Source: a bacterium (GTDB lineage Bacteria > Patescibacteriota > Dojkabacteria > JAKAPS01 > JAJZLI01). Taken from it: a stretch of 64,000 bases of DNA. Made by a program: the position numbers and the translations under genes. A model generated the notes under the pieces. It saw nothing but the letters and a program-made list of their open reading frames with translations, was not told the origin of the DNA and searched no databases. Where the stretch lies: NCBI GenBank assembly GCA_021816845.1, contig JAKAWT010000001.1, forward strand, positions 6,087-70,086, read 5' to 3'. Below are positions 9,238 to 19,036 of the stretch, one piece after another. The stretch's first letter is position 1. Each line of letters begins with the position of its first letter.

Positions 9238-9844
9238 ATGGGGTCTTAAATAAAATAATTATATTCCTTTTTATAGATCTCATCTTAGCATATTCTAAAT
9301 CAATTTTGATCCTTTTGTCAAAAGATATCTCTGAACGACCAGATATTTGCCATACACCTGTCAATCCTGGTTTGATACCAGTAATGATTGCAATGTCTTC
9401 TTCAACTTCTGGATTCATTGATATATAATACTCAAGTTCATCAAAATAATAGGCCCTAGGACCCACCAGTGACATATCCCCTTTTAATATATTGAAAAAT
9501 TGTGGGAATTCATCTATAGAATATTTCCTTATGAATTTACCGACCTTGGTTACTCTAGGATCATTCTTTAATTTATAACTATTTTTTTTATATTCCTTGT
9601 ATAATTTAGAATATTTGGGATCCTCTTTCAACATTGTATGTGCAGAAACGACCATAGATCTAAATTTATAAAATTTAAATGGCTGGTAATTCCGTCCAAC
9701 TCTTTCTGGCACATCCGCAAGTATTGGCCCTTTAGAGTCTATCATTATAAGTATCGCCGTAATTAGCATGATAGGAGAAAAGATTATTATCGCAAAGATA
9801 GAGACAATAATATCAATAATTCTTGTTACTATTTCATATACCAT
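9206..9844 (-). CDS. small monotopic phosphoglycosyl transferase (bacterial sugar transferase, PglC/WbaP C-terminal-domain type)
   Basis: N-terminal re-entrant helix and a DEFPQFFNILKGDMSLVGPRA signature. Confidence 0.8.
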   Translation of the reverse strand: MVYEIVTRIIDIIVSIFAIIIFSPIMLITAILIMIDSKGPILADVPERVGRNYQPFKFYKFRSMVVSAHTMLKEDPKYSKLYKEYKKNSYKLKNDPRVTKVGKFIRKYSIDEFPQFFNILKGDMSLVGPRAYYFDELEYYISMNPEVEEDIAIITGIKPGLTGVWQISGRSEISFDKRIKIDLEYAKMRSIKRNIIILFKTPFAVFSKRGAY

Positions 9845-10958
9845 TTTTTATTATATTATTAATTTTATTTTCTAAATTCTTTTTGAATATATCCTTAGAA
9901 AATCTCCTTGCATTATCTATACACTCTATAGGGTTAGATGGATTATCATAAATCTTCTTTAATGCTTTTTCAAGAGACCTAGATCCAAGAGATGTATCTT
10001 CATAGAAAAAATATCCTGTGACCCCCTCTTTTACACTTTCCATAGCCCCATCCTTAAATAATGCTACTACACCTTTCCCACAGGCCTGGGCTTCAATAGG
10101 TACAAGCCCAAAATCTTCTGCCCCAGGAAAGATAATAGCTTTAGACTGATTTATTATATCAATCATATCATCATCCCCAACATTGCCCAAAAATTCAATA
10201 TTAGATGATGATATCTTCTCTAGTTGATTTTTATATCCACCATCACCTATTATTTTTAATTTATAGTTAAGTTTTATACAAGTTTTTATTGCTATATCAA
10301 TATTTTTATACTTTTCTAGTCTTGATACAATTAGAAAGTAATCTCCATCAGTGAATTTATCATTTTTTAAAAATTTATTTGTATCAACATACGGATATAT
10401 AACGACACTATCCCTCCTATAAAATTTCTTTACTCTCCTTGATACTGCATTTGATATTGTAAAAAGATGATCTACCCTTTGGGCTGATGCAAAATCAATA
10501 ATCCTTAAATAATTATTGATAAAATATAAAGGTATTTTTTTTAGACCAGAGAAGGTATCTTGTCTAGAGTTAGGTAATCCCCATAAAAATCTAGGGGGTG
10601 TTAATATATAAGATATATGTAGAGTTGTATCAGATATAACAATGTTTTTTGCAAAACCAGCTGTAAGAGATAACACAATATCGTACTCATCAAAATTAAA
10701 TTCTTCAAATGCTAATGGATATAAAGGTGTCATAAACGGCCCAAAATATTTAAATAGTTTATTATACTTGCTCTCTATAATATTATATTCTCTAAACTTA
10801 TCTGGAAGTTTCTCTTTAATATACAAAGTTGTAAAAATTGGGGCATTTGGAAAGACTTCCATAATAGCTTCAAGATGCCTCTCTGCACCACCATATATTT
10901 TAAGAAAATCACATACTATAGCAATTTTAAAATCTGAATTCTTTACATTTTTTTCCAT
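9834..10958 (-). CDS. glycosyltransferase family 4
   Basis: GT-B fold. E-x7-E-like C-terminal motif region (FPGAEDFGLVPIEAQACGKGVVA). Confidence 0.75.
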   Translation of the reverse strand: MEKNVKNSDFKIAIVCDFLKIYGGAERHLEAIMEVFPNAPIFTTLYIKEKLPDKFREYNIIESKYNKLFKYFGPFMTPLYPLAFEEFNFDEYDIVLSLTAGFAKNIVISDTTLHISYILTPPRFLWGLPNSRQDTFSGLKKIPLYFINNYLRIIDFASAQRVDHLFTISNAVSRRVKKFYRRDSVVIYPYVDTNKFLKNDKFTDGDYFLIVSRLEKYKNIDIAIKTCIKLNYKLKIIGDGGYKNQLEKISSSNIEFLGNVGDDDMIDIINQSKAIIFPGAEDFGLVPIEAQACGKGVVALFKDGAMESVKEGVTGYFFYEDTSLGSRSLEKALKKIYDNPSNPIECIDNARRFSKDIFKKNLENKINNIIKNGI

Positions 10959-12064
10959 TTTGAGTTTACAAATTCTTCAATCTTTTCTCTAAATATTTCT
11001 CTGCTAAATCCCAAAGACACTCTTCTTAAATAATCTATATCAAATTCTATCTTCTCAAATCTTATAACTCCATCAATAACACTTTCTTTATCTTGTTTTT
11101 TAAAGAAGACACCTGTTTTTTGATCCTCTATGATATCTTTCACACCACCTTTGCCATATGCTATTACTCCTTTCCCACAAGCTAAAGCTTCAACAGGAAC
11201 TATTCCGAAATCTTCTTTTGATGGAAATAACAAACCCTTACATTTTAGTAATTGACTTTTTACCTCGTTATCATTTAAACCTTCATAAAATTTAATATTA
11301 TCTGTAAGACTTTCTTTAAGTCTATTTATATATGAGGATTCTCCATTACCTACAATATGTAACGGATATCCTAAAAATTTAAAAGCATCAATTAGAATAT
11401 CTACCCTTTTCCATGGAACAATTCTACCTATATACAGATAGTATCCTTGATCTTCTACTTTTCCATTTATGAATCTTTCAACATCAACTGGCGGATTGAT
11501 TATAACACTATCTTTATTATAGAATTTTTTTATTCTTTTTTGAGTAAATTCTGAATTTGCAATAAAAAAATCTGGTCTATAAGATGCCTGATAATCCCAA
11601 ATTCTCAAATATGAAACTAGTAATGGTAATATTTTCTTTTTTATACCTTTAATATTATACATCTTAATATATTCGTGATAGTCCCATATATAACGCGAAG
11701 GAGAATGCATATAGCATATATGCAACGTTCCTGGTTTGGTTATAATTCCATGAGCAAATCTAGTTGATGAAGAAATGACAACATCAAATTCATCAAAATT
11801 AAAACTTTCAAATGCTAAAGGGTATAAAAAGAAAAAACTTTTAGGATGTTTTTTTATAATTTTATATTTATTCAAAAAAGACATCCTTAAATTTCCAATT
11901 TTGTTAGGAATTTTTGATACTACAATATCTGATGATAAAGCAGTATACAAAGGAGGTTTTTCATACATATCAGATAGTTCTAATACCACTCTTTCAGCCC
12001 CTCCAAATTGGCATAGGTCATCATGAGCAAGAGCAATATTAATACCTACATCTTTATATTTCAT
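10943..12064 (-). CDS. glycosyltransferase family 4
   Basis: FPSKEDFGIVPVEALACGKGVIA motif; paralogous to the preceding GT4. Confidence 0.75.
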   Translation of the reverse strand: MKYKDVGINIALAHDDLCQFGGAERVVLELSDMYEKPPLYTALSSDIVVSKIPNKIGNLRMSFLNKYKIIKKHPKSFFFLYPLAFESFNFDEFDVVISSSTRFAHGIITKPGTLHICYMHSPSRYIWDYHEYIKMYNIKGIKKKILPLLVSYLRIWDYQASYRPDFFIANSEFTQKRIKKFYNKDSVIINPPVDVERFINGKVEDQGYYLYIGRIVPWKRVDILIDAFKFLGYPLHIVGNGESSYINRLKESLTDNIKFYEGLNDNEVKSQLLKCKGLLFPSKEDFGIVPVEALACGKGVIAYGKGGVKDIIEDQKTGVFFKKQDKESVIDGVIRFEKIEFDIDYLRRVSLGFSREIFREKIEEFVNSKWKKM

Positions 12065-12139
12065 ATTTGCATTATATCATCAGATATTTTTTTATGTATA
12101 TATTGACTTTACTAGAGATTTAGGAATAAATTATATAAT

Positions 12140-13126
12140 ATGAAAAATATATTAGTTCTTGGTGGTGCTGGATATATAGGGTCTCATACAGTATTAATGC
12201 TTGAAAGTCGAGGGTATAAGGCTATAGTTTTAGATAATTTATCTTCTGGACATAAACAATCCTTAAAAAATACTAATGCCACTATATATATTGATGAGAT
12301 ATCAAAAGAAAATCTAGAAAAGATAGCAGAAAAACACAAAATTGACGGAATTATATATTTTGCTGGATCTATAGCGGTTGGAGAATCTATGAGCAACCCT
12401 TCACTCTATCTACATAACAATCTTTTTAATGGGGTTACTATATTAGATTTTATGAAAGATAAGAACATTAATAAAATGGTTTTTTCTTCTTCAGCGGCTG
12501 TATATGGTATACCTTTAAAAGTCCCAATTTTTGAAGATGATAGAAAAAGTCCAATAAATGTTTATGGGTTTTCAAAAGCTGCATATGAAGATATTTTGAA
12601 GTTTTATGATCAAATATTTGGGATAAAATCAGTTTCATTAAGATATTTTAATGCAGCAGGTGCATCTTTAAAAAATAATATTGGGGAAGATCATAAAGAA
12701 GAAACACATCTTATTCCTCTAATTTTAAAAACAGCATTGGGTCAAAGAGAGTCAATAAAAATATATGGAGACACTTATAAAACATTGGATGGAACATGTA
12801 TTAGAGATTATATACATGTAGATGATTTAGCCCAAGCTCATATACTTGCATTAGAATATCTTCAAAATCATGGAGATAGTGATTATTTCAATATAGGCAA
12901 TGGATCTGGTCATTCTGTAAAAGAGATTATTGATTTATCAAAAAAGATAACAAATATTGACTTTAAGGTTGAGATAGAGGGTAAAAGAGAAGGTGATCCT
13001 GATATTTTAATTGCATCATCTTCAAAGATACAAAAAAAACTACATTGGAACTCACAATTTTCTATAGAAGATATAATAAAAAGCGCATGGACATGGCATA
13101 AAAATAACCCTAATGGTTTTGTATAA
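12140..13126 (+). CDS. galE: UDP-glucose 4-epimerase (NAD-dependent epimerase/dehydratase)
   Basis: N-terminal GGAGYIGSH Rossmann motif; catalytic YGFSKAAYE (YxxxK); 328 aa. Confidence 0.85.
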   Translation: MKNILVLGGAGYIGSHTVLMLESRGYKAIVLDNLSSGHKQSLKNTNATIYIDEISKENLEKIAEKHKIDGIIYFAGSIAVGESMSNPSLYLHNNLFNGVTILDFMKDKNINKMVFSSSAAVYGIPLKVPIFEDDRKSPINVYGFSKAAYEDILKFYDQIFGIKSVSLRYFNAAGASLKNNIGEDHKEETHLIPLILKTALGQRESIKIYGDTYKTLDGTCIRDYIHVDDLAQAHILALEYLQNHGDSDYFNIGNGSGHSVKEIIDLSKKITNIDFKVEIEGKREGDPDILIASSSKIQKKLHWNSQFSIEDIIKSAWTWHKNNPNGFV

Positions 13127-13185
13127 TGCTTTGTAATATATTGTTTTTGTAGTATACTCACTATTATTTTTAAACAGGGATTTAA

Positions 13186-14322
13186 ATGAAGTATATAGGT
13201 ATAGATTGTAGAGGTATAGAAGAAAAGCAAACAGGTATAGGAAACTATACAAAAAGCTTATTATCTGAAATCGTAAAGGAGGATAAAAATAATATATATT
13301 ATTTAATTTTTAATCAAAATAATATATTTTTAAAATATAAGGAACAATACACAAAATATAAAAATGTGAAAGTAGTTTCTATATTTTCTAAAAGACAAAA
13401 CCCTTTATCAGAAATAACCCTAGCTTTTGAACTTAGAGGTTTAAAAATTGACCTTTTTTGGACAGATATTTGGGGCAGTGTATACTATCATGGAGTAGAT
13501 TATGTTTTGTCACTACATGACATTATTGGTGTAAAAAGGAAAGATTTCGTAAGTTTGAAATATAGGATATATAATCTCTTCCATTTAAAATGGACAGTAA
13601 AACATGCATCTTTTGTATTTGTGCCTACCAAAGCTGTTAAGGATGATATAATAAAATATTTAAAAATAAGAAAGGGATCTAGATTACACAGATTTGGACC
13701 CAAGAGAATAAAAGTAACTGGAGAAGGTCTAACACGATTAAGATCATCGGTAGATCCAGAACTTGATAATGGAACATTTGAGAATATCTCTAAAAAATAT
13801 GGAATCAAAAATCCATATTTTATATATGTTGGTAACGATAGACCTCATAAGAATATAGAGGGATTGGTGAAAACATTTATAAGTTTTAAGAAAAAATATA
13901 AAAATGGTGCTCATTTAATACTTTGTGGAGTACCTAGAAATAATAAATACATTAAGAAAAGAAATAAAAGTTATATAGAGGCATTAGGGTATGTTTCTGA
14001 ATCTGAAAAATTTGCACTCTTAGAGCATGCTGTAGCATTTGTCACACTATCTTTTGATGAAGGATTCGGATTACCTCTCTTGGAAGCAACTGCATCGGGG
14101 TGTCCTGTTGTTTGTAGTGACATCCCTGTATTTAGAGAAATTATGGGGGATAGTGGAGCAATATTTGTGGATCCATATAGAGTCAGACCTGTTGCCAAAA
14201 GCTTAAATTTATTATACAGTGATAATATAAAAAGAGATGATCTTGTAAAAGAAGCTAAGAAAAATCTCAAGAGATTTAGCTGGACTAAAACGGCAAAAAG
14301 GATATTAAAATATTTAAGATAA
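13186..14322 (+). CDS. glycosyltransferase family 4
   Basis: C-terminal SFDEGFGLPLLEATASGCPVVCS motif typical of GT4. Confidence 0.7.
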   Translation: MKYIGIDCRGIEEKQTGIGNYTKSLLSEIVKEDKNNIYYLIFNQNNIFLKYKEQYTKYKNVKVVSIFSKRQNPLSEITLAFELRGLKIDLFWTDIWGSVYYHGVDYVLSLHDIIGVKRKDFVSLKYRIYNLFHLKWTVKHASFVFVPTKAVKDDIIKYLKIRKGSRLHRFGPKRIKVTGEGLTRLRSSVDPELDNGTFENISKKYGIKNPYFIYVGNDRPHKNIEGLVKTFISFKKKYKNGAHLILCGVPRNNKYIKKRNKSYIEALGYVSESEKFALLEHAVAFVTLSFDEGFGLPLLEATASGCPVVCSDIPVFREIMGDSGAIFVDPYRVRPVAKSLNLLYSDNIKRDDLVKEAKKNLKRFSWTKTAKRILKYLR

Positions 14323-14334
14323 AGGAATCTATAG

Positions 14335-15591
14335 ATGCCTCCTATAAAACTTAAAATTCCAAATAACATACTCTTAATACACCTTCTTAGAATTATTATC
14401 CTGGTTCTATTACTTTACCCTCTTTATTTGTATCTATCTAAAATTAATGCACTTTCATCAATATATTTAGTAATTATTGCTATTTTTATAAATGAAATAT
14501 TGAAGTTTCTATCTTCATTATTAATATATAAATTTGGTGTGGATAACATATTAATTGGGATGATTTCTTCTGTTATTGAAGGTTTAATAATTGTATTTAT
14601 ATTAAACTATATTGGTATATTATTCTCTATTGGAGATATTGTTTTAGCATTATCAATACTTGCAAACGCTATACTCTTCTCCTGGGAGGCAATACTGATT
14701 GAGGCAGTTATTGTTGGATTTACATACTTTTTTATAAATTTTGAAAAATATTCTATCACAAATTTAATTTACTATTTGTTACAGTCATTATTTATTCTAT
14801 CTGTAGGTATATTAAACTTTTTCATGCAGAAAAAATTTATCAAATTAGAAGACATGGTTTTAAAAAAATCAACAATAAAGGATTCAAAAAGTGCTGAAGA
14901 TGTTAAAGATGAATTTACAATTATAGCATCTCATAATCTTAGAACTCCTCTAGCAGCACTAAGAGGTTATCTTCAACTGCTTGATGGCACAGATGATGAT
15001 GAAACAAGAAAAAATTATTTAAATCTTTTAAAAATTAACGTGGATAAATTATCAAATATCATTGAAGAGATAGTAGGGATGCTTACTATAGGTGATCAAA
15101 CATCAGACAATAAAATCAATATTAGAATAATATTGACAGAATTGATAGAAGGATTTAGAGAACAAGTAAGGCCAAAAAATATCCATATTAATCTCCACTA
15201 TGATGAGGGTGTACCAGATGTAAATTTGAATGAATATAGAATTAAAATAATATTGAAAAATATAATAGACAATGCAGTAAAATACTCCTATAACAATGCT
15301 AATATAGATATCAATGTAAAATCAGATGTAAGTGATTTAATTATAAGCATACAAGATTATGGAGTAGGGATAGATCCTGAACAGTTAAAAAATATTTTTA
15401 ATAAATATCATAAAACATCTGATATTATGGACACAAATTTTGAAGGTATGGGACTGGGTCTATATTTAGTAAAAAATTTACTTGATATTGAGATGGGTAA
15501 AATAGAGGTCAGATCTGAAAAAGGGAAAGGAACAGAATTTATTTTAAGATTTCCAATAAATGATGTTTTACAATCTCTAGAAAGAAAATAA
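14335..15591 (+). CDS. sensor histidine kinase with polytopic (about 6 TM) N-terminal sensor domain
   Basis: H-box IASHNLRTPLAALRGY; HATPase_c N/G boxes (DNAVKYS, GMGLGLYLVK). Confidence 0.75.
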   Translation: MPPIKLKIPNNILLIHLLRIIILVLLLYPLYLYLSKINALSSIYLVIIAIFINEILKFLSSLLIYKFGVDNILIGMISSVIEGLIIVFILNYIGILFSIGDIVLALSILANAILFSWEAILIEAVIVGFTYFFINFEKYSITNLIYYLLQSLFILSVGILNFFMQKKFIKLEDMVLKKSTIKDSKSAEDVKDEFTIIASHNLRTPLAALRGYLQLLDGTDDDETRKNYLNLLKINVDKLSNIIEEIVGMLTIGDQTSDNKINIRIILTELIEGFREQVRPKNIHINLHYDEGVPDVNLNEYRIKIILKNIIDNAVKYSYNNANIDINVKSDVSDLIISIQDYGVGIDPEQLKNIFNKYHKTSDIMDTNFEGMGLGLYLVKNLLDIEMGKIEVRSEKGKGTEFILRFPINDVLQSLERK

Positions 15592-15634
15592 TTATAAATA
15601 TTCTATCTTTACTTATTTTTATATTTAATATAAA

Positions 15635-16897
15635 TTGGTATTAGATATGTTAAAAAAAGAGTTTTTTAAATTTCAAAGTGACTCTAGAATCTCTACTCCT
15701 GTAGCTTATGTAATATTTATAAGAATCTTTGTTAAGATTATAATTTTTGTTTCTGCACTATATTTTAAAGTTAGTATAGTAGATATTTTTATAATAGTCC
15801 TCATATTTCTAATATCTGAAATATATAGAAATCTAGGTACAATATTAGTTTCTTTAGGAAAACTACCAGAAGAGGCCGTAGGTGGAATTGTATCCGCAAT
15901 AGATGGTGCATTATTAGTGATACTTTTATATTATACAAACCTTTTAAGTACTGATCTATATCTCTTCATATTAATTTCAATTGCCTTTGATACAATAGAG
16001 TATGGTCTTGTTGCAGCATTTGCAGAAGGTGTAACAGCCAGTTTTTCATATGCCGCTTTTGCATTTTTGACAATGACCATAAGCCCTTTTTTCATATTAG
16101 TAAAAGTAGTTTTCATCATAACATTATCTTTAATAACAGGATGGCTATCTGAAAATTTAAAATCTACACAAATGGTATTACAAAACACACTTGAGAGGAC
16201 TAATAAAGAAGAAAGTTTAAATAAAATGAAAGATGAATTTATAGGGGCAGCTTCACATAATCTAAGAACACCTTTAAGTGTGATGAAGGGGTATATAGAA
16301 CTTATCCTGAATCATAGAGTAGGCCCAATAAATGATAAACAAAAAGATTATCTTTTAAATATAGAAACAAATATAGAATTATTACAAACATCTAGTGAAG
16401 ATTTGCTTAATATAATATCTCTTCAGGATAATCAAGTAACAGTAACTCCATCTTCAAATATAATATATGACTTCCTTAATGATATAGCGTTTGACTTCAA
16501 ATGGACTTTTAAAATTAAAGGAGTTAATTTAGAGACAAAATTTAATATCCCTACAAAGAAAATGGCAATATTTGATAATGATAAGCTCAAAATTGCAATA
16601 ACAAATATATTACATAAAGCTATATCTAATGCTAGAAAAGAAGTTTCATTTAAATCTAATATTGAGCAACAATATTGGACTATGGTCATTAAAGATGACG
16701 GACACGGTATCTCAAAAAAGGAAATTACTGATATTTTTAACAAAAATCAAGATATATTTGATACTATGAAGTCTTTACAGAAAAACGGAATTGGATTATA
16801 CATATCTAATGTTATAATAGAGTCTCATAAAGGACATATGGAAATTGTCTCAGTTGAAGGCGTAGGAACAACATTTAGAATTTACATCCCTATATGA
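15635..16897 (+). CDS. sensor histidine kinase, tandem paralog of 14335..15591
   Basis: H-box GAASHNLRTPLSVMKGY; polytopic N-terminus; HATPase_c C-terminus (GIGLYISNVIIESHKG). Confidence 0.75.
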   Translation: MVLDMLKKEFFKFQSDSRISTPVAYVIFIRIFVKIIIFVSALYFKVSIVDIFIIVLIFLISEIYRNLGTILVSLGKLPEEAVGGIVSAIDGALLVILLYYTNLLSTDLYLFILISIAFDTIEYGLVAAFAEGVTASFSYAAFAFLTMTISPFFILVKVVFIITLSLITGWLSENLKSTQMVLQNTLERTNKEESLNKMKDEFIGAASHNLRTPLSVMKGYIELILNHRVGPINDKQKDYLLNIETNIELLQTSSEDLLNIISLQDNQVTVTPSSNIIYDFLNDIAFDFKWTFKIKGVNLETKFNIPTKKMAIFDNDKLKIAITNILHKAISNARKEVSFKSNIEQQYWTMVIKDDGHGISKKEITDIFNKNQDIFDTMKSLQKNGIGLYISNVIIESHKGHMEIVSVEGVGTTFRIYIPI

Positions 16898-17256
16898 GTA
16901 AGATATTAATTGTAGAAGACAATAAAGATATATTAAGTATCTATAAAAAGGAGTTGGAGTATAACAAATACGAAGTAGAGTCAGCAGAAACTGGACAAGC
17001 TGGTATAGGTCTGATTGAAAAAGATTCTTTTGATCTAATTGTATTAGATATTATGCTTCCAGATATGTCAGGGATTGATTTACTTAAAAAAGCAAAAGAG
17101 AAAGATAAGAAACAAAAAGTTGTAATGTTAACTAATGTTGATATTCCTGCAGTTGTAAATGAAGCATATGCAAATGGCGCGGATGGATACTTGATCAAAG
17201 CTGAGTTATTACCATCTCAGGTTGTTGAAGAGATACAAAGATATCTAAACGGATAA
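16894..17256 (+). CDS. single-domain response regulator (REC only, CheY-like)
   Basis: 120 aa, D-D...D phospho-acceptor pattern (IVEDN...LIVLDIMLPDMSG), no output domain; 4-bp overlap with the upstream HK. Confidence 0.75.
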   Translation: MSKILIVEDNKDILSIYKKELEYNKYEVESAETGQAGIGLIEKDSFDLIVLDIMLPDMSGIDLLKKAKEKDKKQKVVMLTNVDIPAVVNEAYANGADGYLIKAELLPSQVVEEIQRYLNG

Positions 17257-17344
17257 AATTAATATCTTGCATTCAACAAAATTCATAATTTTATTGATAA
17301 AGATTATCATTTCGTATAAAATTGTGATAATAAAGGTATAATCA

Positions 17345-19036
17345 ATGAGTATTCTTATTACATATACAACAATAATACTTGCCTCAGCACTTATAGGGGG
17401 ATATATTGCTTCAAGATTTAATCAATATATTATTGTTGGATACATAATAATAGGATTAATACTAGGTTCATTCATAATATCATCACATTCTTCCCAAGAC
17501 TATTTAAATAGTCTTGCATACATTGGAGTAGCTTTATTAGTATTTTCAAACGGGACAGAATTTTCACTTTCAAAAATTCTAAACTATAGAAAAATAATAA
17601 TCTCTGGAACTTTGTTGCAAACTCTCTTAACTTCATTAATTCTAACTGTAATATTTCTATTTTTTGGACTTGCTATAATTCCTGCATTTGTTATTGGATC
17701 AGCTTTTGCAATGAGTTCTACAATAATTGTTACTAAGGTTTTAAAAGATCTTGATAGAAATTATTCCCAAGAGGGAGAGATGACTTTTTCCTGGTTGATG
17801 GTACAAGATATACTAACTATCCCACTACTTGTTTTTTTGACTAATCTTAGTATATCCGGAGGAAACTTACTGATACCTATACTAATAGCAATCCTCAAAA
17901 GTATACTTATTTTCCTAGTACTGTATTATTTAGGTTTGATAATAATTCCTTATATTCTATCTAAAATAGCTCAGACAGAAATAAGAGAACTTATGATATT
18001 GGCTATTATATCAATACTATTTATAATCATAGTAATATCATCATATTTTGGAATATCACCTATTATCGCAGCTTTCATGGCAGGGTTAATAATATCTAAA
18101 GGAATGATGAACCATCAAATAGCATCTGAAATAAAACCTTTTAAAGACCTATTTTCAGTATTTTTCTTCGTCCTTATAGGTGCAGTTACACCTCTTTCTT
18201 TTATAATAGGCAATTTTTTCATCATAATACTAATAGCATCATTAATAATTCTCGTAAAAATAGTCACGACTTATACAGAACTAAGAATATATAAATTCCA
18301 TTCTATGACATCATTTATTGTTGCATTAAATATGTTTCAAGCAGGAGAATTTTCTTTTGTAATAGGGACAGTAGCCTATCAAGGACATATAATATCTGCA
18401 TTTTCATACCACCTTCTACTCGGAGTTACGATATTAACCATGATATTAACTCCTGTTATAATCAAAAGAAATACTAGTATATATGACCATTTAAGTCTAT
18501 TTATAGATAAACATTTACATTTTCTGCATCATAAACTTTTTGACCGCAAAATTAAAGATAGTATTAAGAAAGAGAAACATAAAGAAATTATTATTGCAGG
18601 ATATGGGAGAGTAGGAAGGCAAATAGTAGATATTTTGAAGAAAAATAATGTAGAATGCAGTGTCATAGATTTTAACAAGGGCATAATGGAAGAACATAAT
18701 AGTCATAGCGTGAATTTTATATATGGTAATGCAGATAGTATGGATATATTAAAAGTTGCAGACATTATACATGCAAAAATAATGATAATAACAACCCCAG
18801 ATATAGAAATTAATTATAAAATAGCTCAAATATCAAAAAGTGTAAATCCAGCTATTAAAATTATAGCTCGTTCACACCTACCTCATCACAAAGATATTTT
18901 ACTGCAATCTGGAGTAGAATACGTTATAGAACCTGAAAAAGAAACCGCAATAACAATAGCAGATTTACTTTTAAGATATCTTGGTAAGGGTAAATCAGAT
19001 CTACGATTATCATTTGAGGGTACAAATACATTATGA
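17345..19036 (+). CDS. CPA2-family cation:proton antiporter (Kef-type) with C-terminal RCK/TrkA-N domain
   Basis: About 12 TM helices, then a Rossmann motif IIIAGYGRVGRQIVDIL. Confidence 0.7.
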   Translation: MSILITYTTIILASALIGGYIASRFNQYIIVGYIIIGLILGSFIISSHSSQDYLNSLAYIGVALLVFSNGTEFSLSKILNYRKIIISGTLLQTLLTSLILTVIFLFFGLAIIPAFVIGSAFAMSSTIIVTKVLKDLDRNYSQEGEMTFSWLMVQDILTIPLLVFLTNLSISGGNLLIPILIAILKSILIFLVLYYLGLIIIPYILSKIAQTEIRELMILAIISILFIIIVISSYFGISPIIAAFMAGLIISKGMMNHQIASEIKPFKDLFSVFFFVLIGAVTPLSFIIGNFFIIILIASLIILVKIVTTYTELRIYKFHSMTSFIVALNMFQAGEFSFVIGTVAYQGHIISAFSYHLLLGVTILTMILTPVIIKRNTSIYDHLSLFIDKHLHFLHHKLFDRKIKDSIKKEKHKEIIIAGYGRVGRQIVDILKKNNVECSVIDFNKGIMEEHNSHSVNFIYGNADSMDILKVADIIHAKIMIITTPDIEINYKIAQISKSVNPAIKIIARSHLPHHKDILLQSGVEYVIEPEKETAITIADLLLRYLGKGKSDLRLSFEGTNTL

